The notes under the pieces are model-generated. The model did no database searches. It saw nothing but the letters and a program-made list of their open reading frames with translations, and was not told the DNA's origin. A stretch of 64,000 bases of DNA from Azolla caroliniana (taxonomy: Eukaryota; Plantae; Polypodiophyta). The DNA lies in the NCBI GenBank assembly GCA_043228905.1, contig JBHGNT010000008.1:4712001-4776000 (forward strand). The letters are read 5' to 3'. Of the stretch, positions 1 through 12,971 are shown piece after piece (position 1 is the first letter of the stretch; each line of letters opens with the position of its first letter). The position numbers were made by a program, and so were the translations under genes.

Positions 1-982
1 AGTGTCCCATTTTCTGTGAGGAAAACCACGGTTCGAGATGCATATGCCTTTACTTCCTCCAAGGCATTGATCTTCCCTATGTAGGGGAGGAATACATCAT
101 GGTAGTCTAGTATGTACAATCTATTTTGATTGATAGCCTAACAAAGAAAAGTAATTGCAAAGCATTAAAAATCAGAAAACACATATGTTTACAAATGTAA
201 CATGAAATGTATAGTTCTTGTGTATATTTATTTTAACTTGTTGCCCCATTGTATATATTCCTGGACTTGTATATTTCTTATTGATTAACTCATCACTACA
301 TTTGCAAATAGTAAAGAATACATCCAAATTGTGCAATGAACACAATGTTGTGTTTTGAATGTAAGCCAATATTCTAAAAATTGATAGATTCTTATACCTC
401 TACTACAGAGAGGCCGTTCATGTTTTTCTCTAAATCGTATGATGTTATTGAAGACGTTGTTGGCCCGTAAACATTTGGATCTAGTTTGGATTCAATGGGG
501 AAAGCCTAGTAAAGTAGGAAAAGTGGTTAGTATCACTAAAAAAGCATTATATAAAACCTACATGATTTCAAATAAAAGCATTATATAAAATCACCTTTAA
601 CCGTTGAATGACCATTGGATTCAGTCCGGCCAACATTTGACGTGCAAATTCATCATCTTGAAGCCAAGCAGTGTGGTTGGCTACAAGGAGGAAACACCAT
701 GCATTTTGATAAGATATATGGTTAATTAGCAAGACAAATGACTAAGAATTGTTCAAGAGAACGAGGTTTTGCAAGTAAAAAAAGAGTTATTGAATGGAGA
801 TCTAGGTGACATATTTCCTTGGAAATTGTGACTAGTTTTTAGATTAATTTGTAGAGCAAGAATGATTGATGAGCAAAGGAATCTCGATTCTCCACCATCA
901 TTTTTAGATGATTGGTGAAGAGGTTCAATGGAATCTTGTTGAAAACTTACAAAGTTAATAATCGTGGCAATATTGAAAAACA

Positions 983-1024
<42 letters not shown>

Positions 1025-3204
1025 CTTACCTTGTATTACTTGGGGTACTGGGAACTTGAGAAAATGCGTGTCTCCAGTGCTAGGATCAATGATTTCACGA
1101 GCTAGTTCAAACACATTTTTAAGCCCTTTTTCTATTTCCTCATTGGATAAGGGCACAATAGCACCAACATCGATGCCAACACCCTTGGAATAGAGCTCTT
1201 TGACTTCATCAATGTGCGTAAATGTCTTCTTTCCCTCGATAAGCCTCTCAAGCACCGTTAATGTTCCATGAGCAAACGACTTTATCGAGGATCCTAAGAA
1301 ATCAGACTTCTTGATACGTTGAAATCGTTCGTCTCTTGGCACATATACTAACTCTAGAAGCTCCACCGGCCTTTCCGATGAGGGGTCTACCTTATTCATC
1401 AACATCAAGTTTGACATTGTGTTATTATTTTGACATCAATGCATTTAATGGAATTAGGATACTCATAAAAATATTTTGTCTAGGAGCTTTACCTATCTCG
1501 GTCCTATCTCGGCCTGTTCTACACCTTCGAGGGTAGGGGAACTCTTTTGAACCACCTAGAATGGTTCTAGAGTAGAGTTGATTATCCTTATCTGGGTCAC
1601 CAAGATCATTGTACACATCATAGTCATATATCCGGTCATGCCTCCATCTTTTTCCCCTACCATTACCTTGTAATTGTTCAAGCTCAGAATATCGAAGATC
1701 AATAAGACCATCTGGAGTTTGGTTTGGGAGGTATACCTACAGATAACAATACCATCATTATATGCAAAATGCCTAAGCTTTCCAATTGTGAACGGGTTTA
1801 AATGAATTAAAATATACTTTTATGAAATGGAAAGACATGCATGTCACTAGTATGGGTATACATTATGATCATGCATTTATTTATGCATGTGCTCATGGAT
1901 GTATGTGAGATTTATCATATCATTGACTTGAGTTTTGTTATAGCATATATTGTTTGTCATTTATGGTATTCACATGTTATATTGGACAATGTGTGGAGGT
2001 TCAAAATATATGACAACCCGTTCCTTTGTGTCTCTTCCCAATGTCATTGGATTACATGTTTTGAAAAGATTTTTGTACGATTTGGTCCAACTTCCTTTTC
2101 ATGCATGAAAATAATATGGAATTATGAGAAAAAACACTCACATATTTATAGGAACTTGGTTTAAAGACTAGGCATTCTTTTTCCTTCCAAAGATATTTCC
2201 ACTCAGTGTTTAAATAAAGGAGGACACAAGTATTGCTACGAAACATCCAAATGCTGGAAATTTCAATGATTATGTTCTGTTTTTTCAATTGAAAATACAA
2301 GTGAAATGTTGATAATTATACGTGCACGGTAGTGGACTGTTTCTTTATCTTTCTCTTGTGGGGTGGCACATGCCATCTTCATTACATGTTGGTTATTGAT
2401 TTCTTTCTTACTTTTAGATTATTTCCGACACAAGAGTAGAGCAATGTTCTTGGATGCACAAGCTATTAGTGTGCCCACACACACAATCAATACATTTCTT
2501 TTGTTCCCCACTATGCTCTTGCCCCACATAAACAAGGAACTTTTGATGGGTGAATGCTTTTAGAATCATTTAATATTGACTTACCATTATGGCACACATA
2601 CAAAAAAACGCTAGTAAAATTGCTTAGAACTACATACATGACACTATTGTAGTAGATTTGTTTAAATGTAAGGGAAAGCATTTCCCTTAGGTTGATGTTC
2701 TTTCTCATGCACGCATGTATGCAATGTGTATGTGTGTATGCACATGTTTGTTTGTATGTATATGTGTCTATTTCAGCATTTCTATTTCGCAAGTGAAGGG
2801 TCAATAAAAGGGATGAGATCGAATCTTTCGAGGCTTTTTTCTCGCGTGAGAAAACCTTTCTCTTTCTTGAAGTAACACTATTTAATCAATGGGGATAGAT
2901 TAACCAATCATCACTTATATTATGTACTACTTGTAGATAAGTTTTTCCAAGAGAGATTGGAGAAATATCTTCACTAGTTAGGGTTGAAAAAATCAAGGGG
3001 AATTGCTATGTGGATAGGCTCCATTTTTCAAAGATATAATGTCTTTCCAAAAGATCGAAGAGATCCTATATCGATTTAAACGTTTTGATAATTCGGTGGA
3101 ATTATTAAGATGGAATGGGCATATAGGTCGTTTCCAAACATATGCATCTAAGATATATTTTAGGCGCGTGTGTGTATGTATGCATGTATGTATGCATGGA
3201 TATA

Positions 3205-3235
<31 letters not shown>

Positions 3236-4141
3236 TTGAACTTCGCGCACATGGGCAACTATGAGTACACATTTGTATGTGTGTAGGTTTGTAAAGCACA
3301 CACCTGGTTGGTAAAGAAGACCCTAGGGGCACCATCGTAAAGGTGGTGGTTATAGACCCAAGAGTTGCAAGGGAAGTGGAGTTGTTGAACATTTTGAGAA
3401 ATGGCAAGAGGGAGGTGGAGAGTGATGGATGAGAGGAAGAAATGGTATGGGTGGTGGCTCTCCACGAGGATGGCTCCCGGAACCCCGAAGTCTTTTGGAA
3501 CCTTGAATGTCGCTCGATATAACTTCTCCCCTTCATCTGCCGCGACGACACTAGTGTGCGTGGAGACCCACCCTTCCACATCAGCCTTGTGGCTCCTCTT
3601 ACCCAATAATGTTCCTAATAGAAAAAACAAGTTTCATTCTTACTCCCTTGCGGTAATACATGTTTTGTAAACCATGGGCCTTAGTTCGTATCTCGCCAAT
3701 CATATTGTATAGATAAATGTTGGAACTAAATCAAATCAGCGAGCTAAATTTAAGTTAAAAATCTTAAGCATCATTCATCATGGGCTTTTTGTTGGTGTAG
3801 AATTACTTAATAATTGGCTAGATGGGGTTTTCTATAATTAGTGATGGCCTTTTGTTTGGTCTAATTAAACAAACAATAAAACCCAATTTAAACACAAGAG
3901 CTCTTAAATCATATGGATAAGCCAAATAAAATCCTAACCAAATTTCTCAAAAACAAAATGAGAGCGATTTACTTTGATCTGTCTCGACACTAACAAGTTG
4001 TAGCTCGATGTTCCGTCCGACCGCATCAGCTGTGGCATCGATCACATGTGCAAAAGTGTCGTCGAGATCGAACACATTGTGGCGTAGAATCGAGATCGAC
4101 GCCTCGATTTCCACCATGGGCACTCCTAAGTTCTGGCCCAT
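1..4141 (-). CDS. LOX: Lipoxygenase, 5' part; gene continues beyond the left window edge. No obvious transit peptide (type-1/9-LOX-like N-terminus)
   Basis: GT-AG exons: 4141-3973 ([18 protein letters not shown]), 3614-3304 (PLAT domain, [26 protein letters not shown]), 1736-1493 ([32 protein letters not shown]), 1386-1030 ([17 protein letters not shown]), 680-595 ([18 protein letters not shown]), 505-398 ([13 protein letters not shown]), 137-<1 ([24 protein letters not shown]). These are canonical plant LOX motifs. Confidence 0.96.
985..1021. repeat. (TG)n microsatellite in a LOX intron
   Basis: Directly visible; a second (TG)n tract lies at about 3208-3234. Confidence 0.95.
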
Positions 4142-4417
4142 TATAATAGCTCGAGGATGATGACAATAGTTTGAAAAAGAAAACAATAGCAAAATCTGTA
4201 TAGATGAGTGTTGAACCTAAGATCTACAAGACACAAGTTTCTGGTTTATGATAATAGAAGCCCCTACTATTTCTAAGCCAAAAGTTATAAGGGTATGGGG
4301 TTTCTCGATATAATGTATACCATGTGCAAGAACAAGTCTAGACTCTAGATATCTTATAGAGCTTTAGGCCCTCTTTTATGGGTCTCACGTTGGTTCTTGC
4401 CCTTTACTATTCATTTG

Positions 4418-4419
<2 letters not shown>

Positions 4420-4459
<40 letters not shown>

Positions 4460-4605
4460 GGCCGTCCTTTTAGTTCTTAAGTCTTACTTTCGCATTTATG
4501 CCGATGCCCATAGACTTCATGTCGACCAGCCATAGTTTTAGAACATAACACAACTTGATGATGATGATGGGCGCATTATAACTATAAACTATCTCCAATC
4601 AGTTT

Positions 4606-4641
<36 letters not shown>
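4420..4641. repeat. Two (CT)n microsatellites upstream of LOX
   Basis: (CT)n at about 4420-4456 and about 4608-4641. Confidence 0.9.
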
Positions 4642-4644
<3 letters not shown>

Positions 4645-5358
4645 CTTTACTTCATTTACTTGATACACTACAAGTTGAAAAAGACTTTTACTTTTAAGCC
4701 CACATGTACCTTAAGCTCATCCTATCATGTACAATGATGCACTTGTAAGCAACTTAAATGTATTAAAGGACACAACATTTAAAGAATAGACTTATCAACA
4801 TTCGAAAAAAAGGTTTTAGAAAGAGAGAAATTGAAACGGAGGGTTCGACTCTATCCAAGTATGTTTTGTATGATATTAAGCTCAAATGCAGCCACATCAG
4901 AAGCCAAGTTTGAAAACATTGTTTTATGGGCTAAATCTTTTAGTTCAAAGGGGAATCAAAAGTAGCACATGAGTTTTGACTTTAGTGCTCAATATATTTG
5001 GGAGTTATACCACTAAAGAAACGCATACTTGACTTGTTCTTTCTTTATGTTTCAAATCATTGAAGAGAACAACATTACATTTTGTTTTGGCATGTCATGT
5101 CATGTTTTGAAGATGGCAATCTCCCACAAATCTTCAAAGGCTTGGAGAATGGGGCATTTTATCTATGGTAAAAGATAAAGAACCTTGTGAACTTCATTGA
5201 ACAAAAATGGTTCATGAATACGGTAATATATACAATGGGTAAATATATTGTCCAATCTCTATCAATAACTTGTTGGCTAATATATGAGTGGGTAACATTA
5301 ACTATTCACCCTGAAGTTATTATCTAATATTGGGAGTATGCCTATGTACCATTTGGAC

Positions 5359-5804
5359 TATCTTGTGTTGCCAAACAAATTTGTCTTTCTATACTCTTGA
5401 GTCTTGATCAATCGCGCGTTTGACATTTGAATGTGAATTCTCATCCAAATTGCTCATTACAAATCATACTTCTTATCGATTAGACGAAAACTATTCAAAG
5501 TTTGTGAGTAATACTTTACATTAAATAGAGCAATCATGTTTTCAATTAGATGCGGAGCCTTCATTATCTATTATTGAGAGCATGCATTCATATTGTTTGA
5601 ATTATCTTGTCTAACCAAACAATCTCGTTTTTCTTAATTCTTGACACTTGATTAATTGAGAAATTGATATCTGAATGCGAAGTCCCATCCAAATTTCTCA
5701 CTATAAATCCTACTTCTTACAGATGCGATGAAAGCTATTCAAGTGCGTGAGTATTGTATTACATTAAATAGAGCAATCATTTTTTCAGGTAGAAGTGGAG
5801 CCCT
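5359..5804. repeat. Diverged tandem duplication, period about 245 bp
   Basis: 5359-5561 vs 5603-5804 share TCTTG..CATCCAAAT..TACTTCTTA..CTATTCAA..TACATTAAATAGAGCAATCAT..GGAGCC. Confidence 0.8.
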
Positions 5805-6039
5805 TAAATGTACTTCATGTGTGCAAAAGTCGATATTTGAGAAACATATCATCACAAGATTTCTGAAGAAAGGCTTTCATGATGATTTAGCACATGCCAT
5901 CTTTAGTCACATGAATACGAATCATAGAGCAAACACGTACATCAAGCTTGCATAATGTCAAAGGACACATGTGAATAAGCCTCCTAAACTTTTTTTATTA
6001 CCATTAGTCTTCGGTACTAAGGATTGTATGAATGTAATA

Positions 6040-6199
6040 AGTAGTTATAAAATGTCCACGCTACGTATAAGAGCTTTGAAACATCCACTTCGGGTTTCTA
6101 AGGGCATCGATACTATGGATTGATGCAATTAGTAGTTATAAACATGTCCACGCTACATATAAGAGCTTTGAAACATTCGCTTGGGTTTTCTAAGGGCAT
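6040..6199. repeat. Tandem duplication, period about 90 bp
   Basis: AGTAGTTATAA..ATGTCCACGCTAC..TATAAGAGCTTTGAAACAT..CTAAGGGCAT occurs twice. Confidence 0.85.
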
Positions 6200-9100
6200 T
6201 CGTGTGGCAATATCCAAGCATAGTGTGCCAACATATGTATCAATAAACATATTCCAGCTTATCATTTTAGTTTTATAAAACCATTCCCATTTACATTGGA
6301 TATTTACAAACTAACTAAGTTAGTCGCTCAAGCACGTGCATGCACACACATTTATTTCATCATCTACCATGTAGGAATCAATAAGCATGAGGAAATGTCT
6401 TCATGGACCCACATTTAATGCACTTTCACGAGGGAATAAGTTTCCACTACCAACTAGAAGACACACCTTTTAAGATAAGTACATATATACAAAATTATAA
6501 TAAGTTGACATGTTCAAGATAGGTTCAACCCACCTTCTATTAAAATATGTCAATGGGTGTCGTTATATGTATTGACAAGGATACAAAGAGAAGGAAAATT
6601 TTCTCTCTTTTCATGCTAGAAACTCTTCATTTGTCTGAAGCTCTCAAGTATAGATGTTTGCTTATGAGGAAGATATACCTATCTATCTCAACAAATCGAT
6701 CTAATATGTGGCTTTTTTCCCTTGATTGGGATCCAAAATTCATGTAGTTTATTAGTCTCAGTTCAATGAGAGAATACATATACTCTTCATTAGAAAGTGT
6801 GCAAGTATGGTGCTTTACCAATTGTGGCATTGATATATATGATTTGTTTTCTTGTTCATGCTATATGAAGAAAGAGAGGAGGAAGACACTCCTTTTTAGA
6901 AATGATTTCTAATGCAATAATTTGTTTTATTCAAATACGTTTCCCTAATATTCTCCAAACAGTTCAACAATAACCATGTCAACCTCCCGTTCCATGATGT
7001 CTTTTCCCTTTATTCTTTGGTTGCATTTTATATGCATAATGCAATATTTTATTTTGTGAGATAAAAGGAGCTTATGACGATTTCAATAATCAAACTCTCC
7101 TCATTGATGTTGGAAGTTCCAAATGGTTTTAACTTTCGAGTGAAATTGTGAATGTTTAGAGTGGTATAGGCTAGTCACTCAATTAATTTAATGACATTTA
7201 CACATGTTGGGGCTGATATACATGGTTTGCTCTATAACATCAAGCTCCTAAACAAATGCATGATTTGGTCTGTTGCACTTTAACTAAGAAATGGGGATCA
7301 TGTGAGGATACACTTGGATATCCATGTCTTTGATATATATATATTGTAAACATGATCACATTGTGGTTGTATCTACAATTATGGTATTAGTGGATGGAGT
7401 AGCCCTTGATGTTGACCAAGTTTTATCTTGAAGACATGCACCCATTGCTTACAAAAACACAAGAAGTCCCCTCTTTAGATTCTATGCACACACTTTTCCA
7501 CAAAGAACAAAAAAGAAAGAGAGATTTCATTTCATTTTCTTGATTTTCGTCGAATAAAGTGCTCATGGGAGTGATAGCCCACCATTCCTTTTGGGACATG
7601 CATGGATTATACAAAATATTATACTTATTGTATGGACATAAAAACCATTGATGGTGATTTGAAGAACAAAAACCTCACCATCAGCCGGCTTTCTCGTTTT
7701 TGCGGCAATAAGAAATCTTTTTCTCGCAATAGCAAGCATAACCAAAAGTCTTAAGATTTACTATTAAACAAAACCACAGAACACGCATTCTCCTCGAATG
7801 CACATCATAAACATATCATGCACATTTTTAAAAAAGGGCGGCTATTCATACCTAAAACGTGGACAATTTTCTTTGCACACACATCCTAAATGCAACACAT
7901 TTTTACACAAGACATGTGATTATTCACATGCAAGTCGTGAACAAATTTCAGTCCTCACAATATACACAAAGTCATTATTCATACCAAAGACATCTACACT
8001 ATAGGCCAAGCAGGGAAAAATTACATTCTCCATGGTGACATACATGTTTCAATCCATTTAACACATAGGATCGACCCCCTTTACAAACAATGGCCACTTC
8101 CACATGTTGCCATGTGCCAGCACAACCCACCATAGAATTGTGCACTCAATTGATCTCAAACAGTTTTCATGCTTATAGATTATCGACCCATGTCATGGTT
8201 GCAATCTTCATTCATTTTTTCACCAAACTTCATTGTTTGTATGGACTCGATTTTGCAACCCCACACATAAGATTGTAATCTTGATCATCTATTGCCTAAA
8301 CTTCAATGTACTCAACTTTTTGGAACCAGTTTGATCACACTAATCATGTGCGATGAATTTAATATGGCAAACCAACATGAACCGTTATGTGATGAATGTG
8401 ACATGGTGAAGCAATATTAAGCACTATCTGAACAATTTGACATGGTTAATGAGCAATAATTGCTATTTTGATGTTGGAAGCCCAAATCCATACATGTGTA
8501 TCTGCAGGATAACTCAAGGAAACCCCAATAGTAACCATATTAGGATCTGAGCAGTTCATCTCAAGTTTAATGATATCAACCCTAACAAATTAGGCCACCG
8601 GCACACACATGACCCTCTTGTTAAACACACACATATATAATGCTAATTAATGACAATGTAGAGCCCCCAATATGCAAAAACCTAGTTTATGTTACCTTAA
8701 TGCATAACTTTAGAAACTATATTTTGCTTTTATCTGGAAAATGTAGTGTCAAGCAAAGCTATTAGATACCAATGTCACTACTAAAACATTAAAAGAAATA
8801 CCTACTTTGACATACCAAAAATAATACAGAAGGTGGTATACAATCTTAACAAGTCAGGCTATGTCCATGGTGACAATTCAAGCAGCGTTTTCACATTTTA
8901 TTTTCACCCAACACTTCTTCAACGAAACTAACATCACCTGAATGCTAAATAAGAGGAGTACCTCCTCCAGAATTAGCCTAAAGGCAATCATAATCCATGG
9001 TTCCTCAGGATATTCCGATGAGCCTGGGGAGCAACTAGAGCTAGATTGGCAAGTGGGTGAATTCCTCCACCTGTTCTACTCAGAAATTTCCCCACATGCC

Positions 9101-9672
9101 CCATGAGCAACTCGTGTTAAGATAGACATCCATACCCATGATATCACAAATACAATGCAGCAGTAACATCGATAGTATTTTGTTACACCCAGCTTAAAGA
9201 AATGAATCAAGCTAATGGTTGGATTTACGATCGGGTTATCCTGGTTTTAACTGAACTTACAATTACAAAAATGTTGATGTAGATCACTTTCACGAAAATG
9301 GATTAGATTATACGCAAATACAATTCGAGATTAGACTAGTGTGAAAAAGAGAGAGTGATTGAGTCATACACAAACACAATGTAAGGATGACATAGATACT
9401 GTGTCAATCAATCGTGAGTGTTTACAAATTTAAAACTATGAGGCCAGCGATGATGTATGTGATACTATTTTGCAAAGGTAAAACACTGGAGAGAAAAGAA
9501 AGGAATCTTGATGTCCACTAGATAACAGGCCAAAACTGGCCTATCAATCGAATCATGTACAACTGTAAATGTGCTCGGTGGGCAGTGGGAAGAAACAAAG
9601 GAAAATGACAAGCCACAACAGGGATGGATGATCACTAAGGAGTGTATTGCGTACGGTAGGCGGAACGGGGAG

Positions 9673-10128
9673 TCTTAAACCAGGAGAATCTTCCGGAAAA
9701 CATCAGCAAAATAACAATTGACAAGGTACAAAAAATAGGTCATGTTCCATCCCCACCAAAACAAAAAAAAATGAAACGATGATTTTTGAACGAATACAGA
9801 GATTTCTAGGAGTGAAAAGGGCTAAACTACATTTGGTGGTGGTGGGGGGGGGCAAAAGACTGCATCTTAAACCAGGAGAATCTTCCGGCAAGCATCGCCA
9901 AAACAACAATTGACAAGGTACAAAATAGGTCATGTTCCACCCCCACCAAAACAGAAAAAAAACCAAAGATTTCTGAAAGAATACAGAGATTTCTAGAAGT
10001 GAAAAGGGCTACACTAAATCTGTCCCACAAAGATTTTTGAAAAAGAATACAGAGATTTCTAGGAGTGAAAATTACTAAACTAAATCTGTCCCATGGGTGG
10101 GGGTGGGGGGGGGTAAAAGGCTGCATCT
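9673..10128. repeat. About 190-bp tandem repeat with a nested ~60-bp duplication, directly 3' of the LTP-like ORF
   Basis: TCTTAAACCAGGAGAATCTTCCGG..GACAAGGTACAAAA..GAATACAGAGATTTCTAG..G-run..CTGCATCT repeated. Confidence 0.85.
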
Positions 10129-10129
10129 A

Positions 10130-10504
10130 TTACAAGGTGCATTGAAAATGCGGGGGTACGTGAGGGATGGAGCATTGCGTGACATACGTTCGGAGTAGAG
10201 ATTCGGATCCTCCTCCTCCAGCGGAGATCAAAATCTCACATAGACAACCCAATGCCGTGACTCCCACTAATTCCCTCACCCCCTCGCAACACGAGGCCGA
10301 GGGATCGGCCGCCATCGATCCGTTGTCCACGCATGGGGCCACGAGACCCAGTGCTCCTTGCTCCTCTCCGCCCCCGCATTTGCTCTTCTTCTTCATCACT
10401 TCTTCCGTAATGCCCGCACGAATGCCTCCCCCACTCGATCCGTCCGCCACCATCACTACTAGGAAACACACAATCGCCGCCATCTGCATACATACGTTGC
10501 TCAT
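10130..10504 (-). CDS. Non-specific lipid-transfer protein / prolamin-superfamily 8-cysteine-motif protein (start codon uncertain: 10504, 10489 or 10483)
   Basis: Hydrophobic signal-like segment (MAAIVCFLVVMVADG) followed by C..C..CC..CLC..C..C (CGGG/APCV/PSASCCEGV/GCLCE/TQCSI/FQC), the 8CM pattern. Confidence 0.8.
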   Translation of the reverse strand: MSNVCMQMAAIVCFLVVMVADGSSGGGIRAGITEEVMKKKSKCGGGEEQGALGLVAPCVDNGSMAADPSASCCEGVRELVGVTALGCLCEILISAGGGGSESLLRTYVTQCSIPHVPPHFQCTL

Positions 10505-10628
10505 TACAATCACCAGCCTGTCAACTATGGATCTAATACACCCCTCGGTGTATAAATTTGAAGAACCCCTTAACAAACCCTAACAATATGGTGTTAAACC
10601 CTAAACCTAGACCTTAAAGGATCATATG

Positions 10629-10902
10629 AAGCTTACAAAATGCCTTTTAACCATCGCAGACCGTAACCCTAGATATCAAAGTGTCACATGATCATCACAA
10701 CATAGCCTGGCCAAATATCATTGCAAATTGACATGATTACCACATGAGTCAACACCATTTGGTTAGGGCTTGTTAATCATGTAAAGCTTACAAAATGGCT
10801 TTTAACCATCACAGACCCTAACCGTAGAAATCAAAGATTCCCATGATCATGACAACATAGCCAGGCCAAAATATGGTTGCAAATTAACATGATTACCACA
10901 TG
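10629..10902. repeat. Tandem duplication, period about 157 bp
   Basis: AAGCTTACAAAATG..TTTTAACCATC..CATGATCAT..CAACATAGCC..TTGCAAATT..CATGATTACCACATG occurs twice. Confidence 0.85.
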
Positions 10903-11356
10903 GTTCGATCTCAGACGCCCTAACCCTAGAAATCGAAGCACCACAGAACACATCACGGTCAACCACATGTCTACACATCTCAAGCTCCGACACTAAGAAA
11001 TGAAGCGTCACATCCACATTGTTGACCATCAGGTGACGGTTACCAAACACGAGAGAGGGAAACAACCTGCATTATCATACAAAAAAAAAGATCATACAAA
11101 CATACATTCGTTCATACCTTAAAGCAATTGGCCATTGATGAGAGGAAAAGAAGGAAGTGAAGACTGACGGAATAATGGATCCCATGGTTCATGCAAACGA
11201 TCCATATATGCAGCTCAGAAAGGCGTTACACAGGCGAATCTTTGAAAAGAGTTGGTTCTTGGCCTCTTATTTCGATTTCAATCCGTTTTGATAGTATCTG
11301 ACAGTTAAATGTCGGAAAGAAAGATCGAAGTCGGGTAGAAAACTGAACAGGATTTC

Positions 11357-11576
11357 TCATCATCAAAGCCTAGGGTTAGGGCTTTTCTAGGACTGTCGCT
11401 TCTTTAGAGTTTAGGGTTTAAGGTAAAGGCTTACTAGAGTTTAGGGTTAGGGTTTATACGAGGTTGTCATCATCAAAGCCTAGGGCTAGGGCTTTTCTAG
11501 GACTATCGCTTCTTTAGAGTTTAGGGTTTAAGGTAAAGGCTTACTAGAGTTTAGGGTTAGGGTTTATACAAGGTTG
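11357..11576. repeat. Near-identical ~110-bp tandem duplication rich in TTTAGGG/TTAGGG (telo-box-like) motifs
   Basis: TCATCATCAAAGCCTAGGG..TTTAGAGTTTAGGGTTTAAGG..TTAGGGTTAGGGTTTATAC..AGGTTG occurs twice. Confidence 0.9.
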
Positions 11577-12971
11577 CGGTGGCAAGCCGACGATTATGTA
11601 ATGTTTACTAGGTTCGCTCGATCAAGAAGCCCTAGATTTACTAGATTAGGGTTTATCATGCCCTACTGATTATGTTTTAGGGCTTATTGTTCATGGTTTT
11701 TAGAAGGTTTTCGCGTTATAGCTTCGAATTAGGTTTTCAGCACATCAACTTCTAAAGGTTTCATCTTTGTTTATGGTCGATGCCTATTCTTTTGCATCGA
11801 AAATATTCAATTCAAAATGTAGAACGAGTTCTTTAAGGGCAAGGGTTAATTATTGTTTCTTTTTAGTGTTAGTGTAGGGATTAGCATTCAGATTATCAAG
11901 GGTTTTAGGGTTTAAGGTTTAACTAATGTTCTTATGATTCATGTTGTATTCAATGCTTGCATGCAAGGTTTGATTATTGATGTGTTATGATTCAGGTTGT
12001 ATTCAATATTTGCATGCAAGGTTTGATTACCATTGCCTGCAATCATGAATTCAAATATGAACTTGGTGCCTAGAATTAAGACACAACAAAGGTGATTTCT
12101 CCTAACATGAATACCATCTTTCAAGGATACCCCGCATAGTGATCCCAAGATTAAAAATGCATTCAATTTGGCATGGTTTACACCTATGTCTGCTTGGAAC
12201 CATTATTTGCCATACAAATGTTGCTTTTTACCCTTTACATTTGAAAGAATTGGTCATAGACTACTATTGGTAATAATGGTGTGCTGATTTCATCATGTGT
12301 CTTTGCTTAGCAATCTGTATGTAGTATAGTAGGGTTTTTTGCTGATGGTCACTGTATGTGGTATGCTCAACATAGAATGAAACAATGTTAGACTTTGAAA
12401 TTCATACTAACAATACCCTCTGATTTATCGATGGCATACATTTTCGCATTGGCTAAAAACAATTAATAATTTTATTCTCATCTATATAACAGTGTCCTTT
12501 CTATGGTCCTAAGCTTCAATATATCACTATAAGTGGAAGTATATTTATGTGCTCGTAAATAAGATGAATTGTCGCAATACTAAAAAGGGCCCTTAATTGG
12601 TCTTGCAAGCATTAAAAAATATTTATCACATATTCTACTACAATTGTGTTTTCTACTCTCATAAGTTGATTCAGTCAACAATATTTAAATTCCCTCAATC
12701 AACTTTGGGGTGATGATATCTAAGCCATAGATAGATCATAGCAAATCTTCGAATTTCATTCACCATGAGGTATTCGAACACCCTAATATATCAATTACCT
12801 CCATCAAAAGCAAATTGAACTATTTTTTACACATCCACTCGTCTAATGAGATTTGAGATTTGACTACCCCCAGAAGAGTTTGCTTTATGTTAAAAGCCTA
12901 TCTAGCAATCAATTATAAATAGAATACCAAAATATTATATGTCAAATGAGTTGTGTAGCATAGATAAACCT

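Noticed and set aside
912-3301. ORFs with CVCVCV or THTHTH tracts
   Set aside because: Translations of intronic (TG)n microsatellites in LOX.
6500-9600. Short ORFs between LOX and the LTP-like gene
   Set aside because: AT-rich, no recognisable motifs and no consistent exon chain.
11370-11915. Interstitial telomere
   Set aside because: The motifs are scattered and degenerate, not a contiguous TTTAGGG array; treated as telo-boxes.
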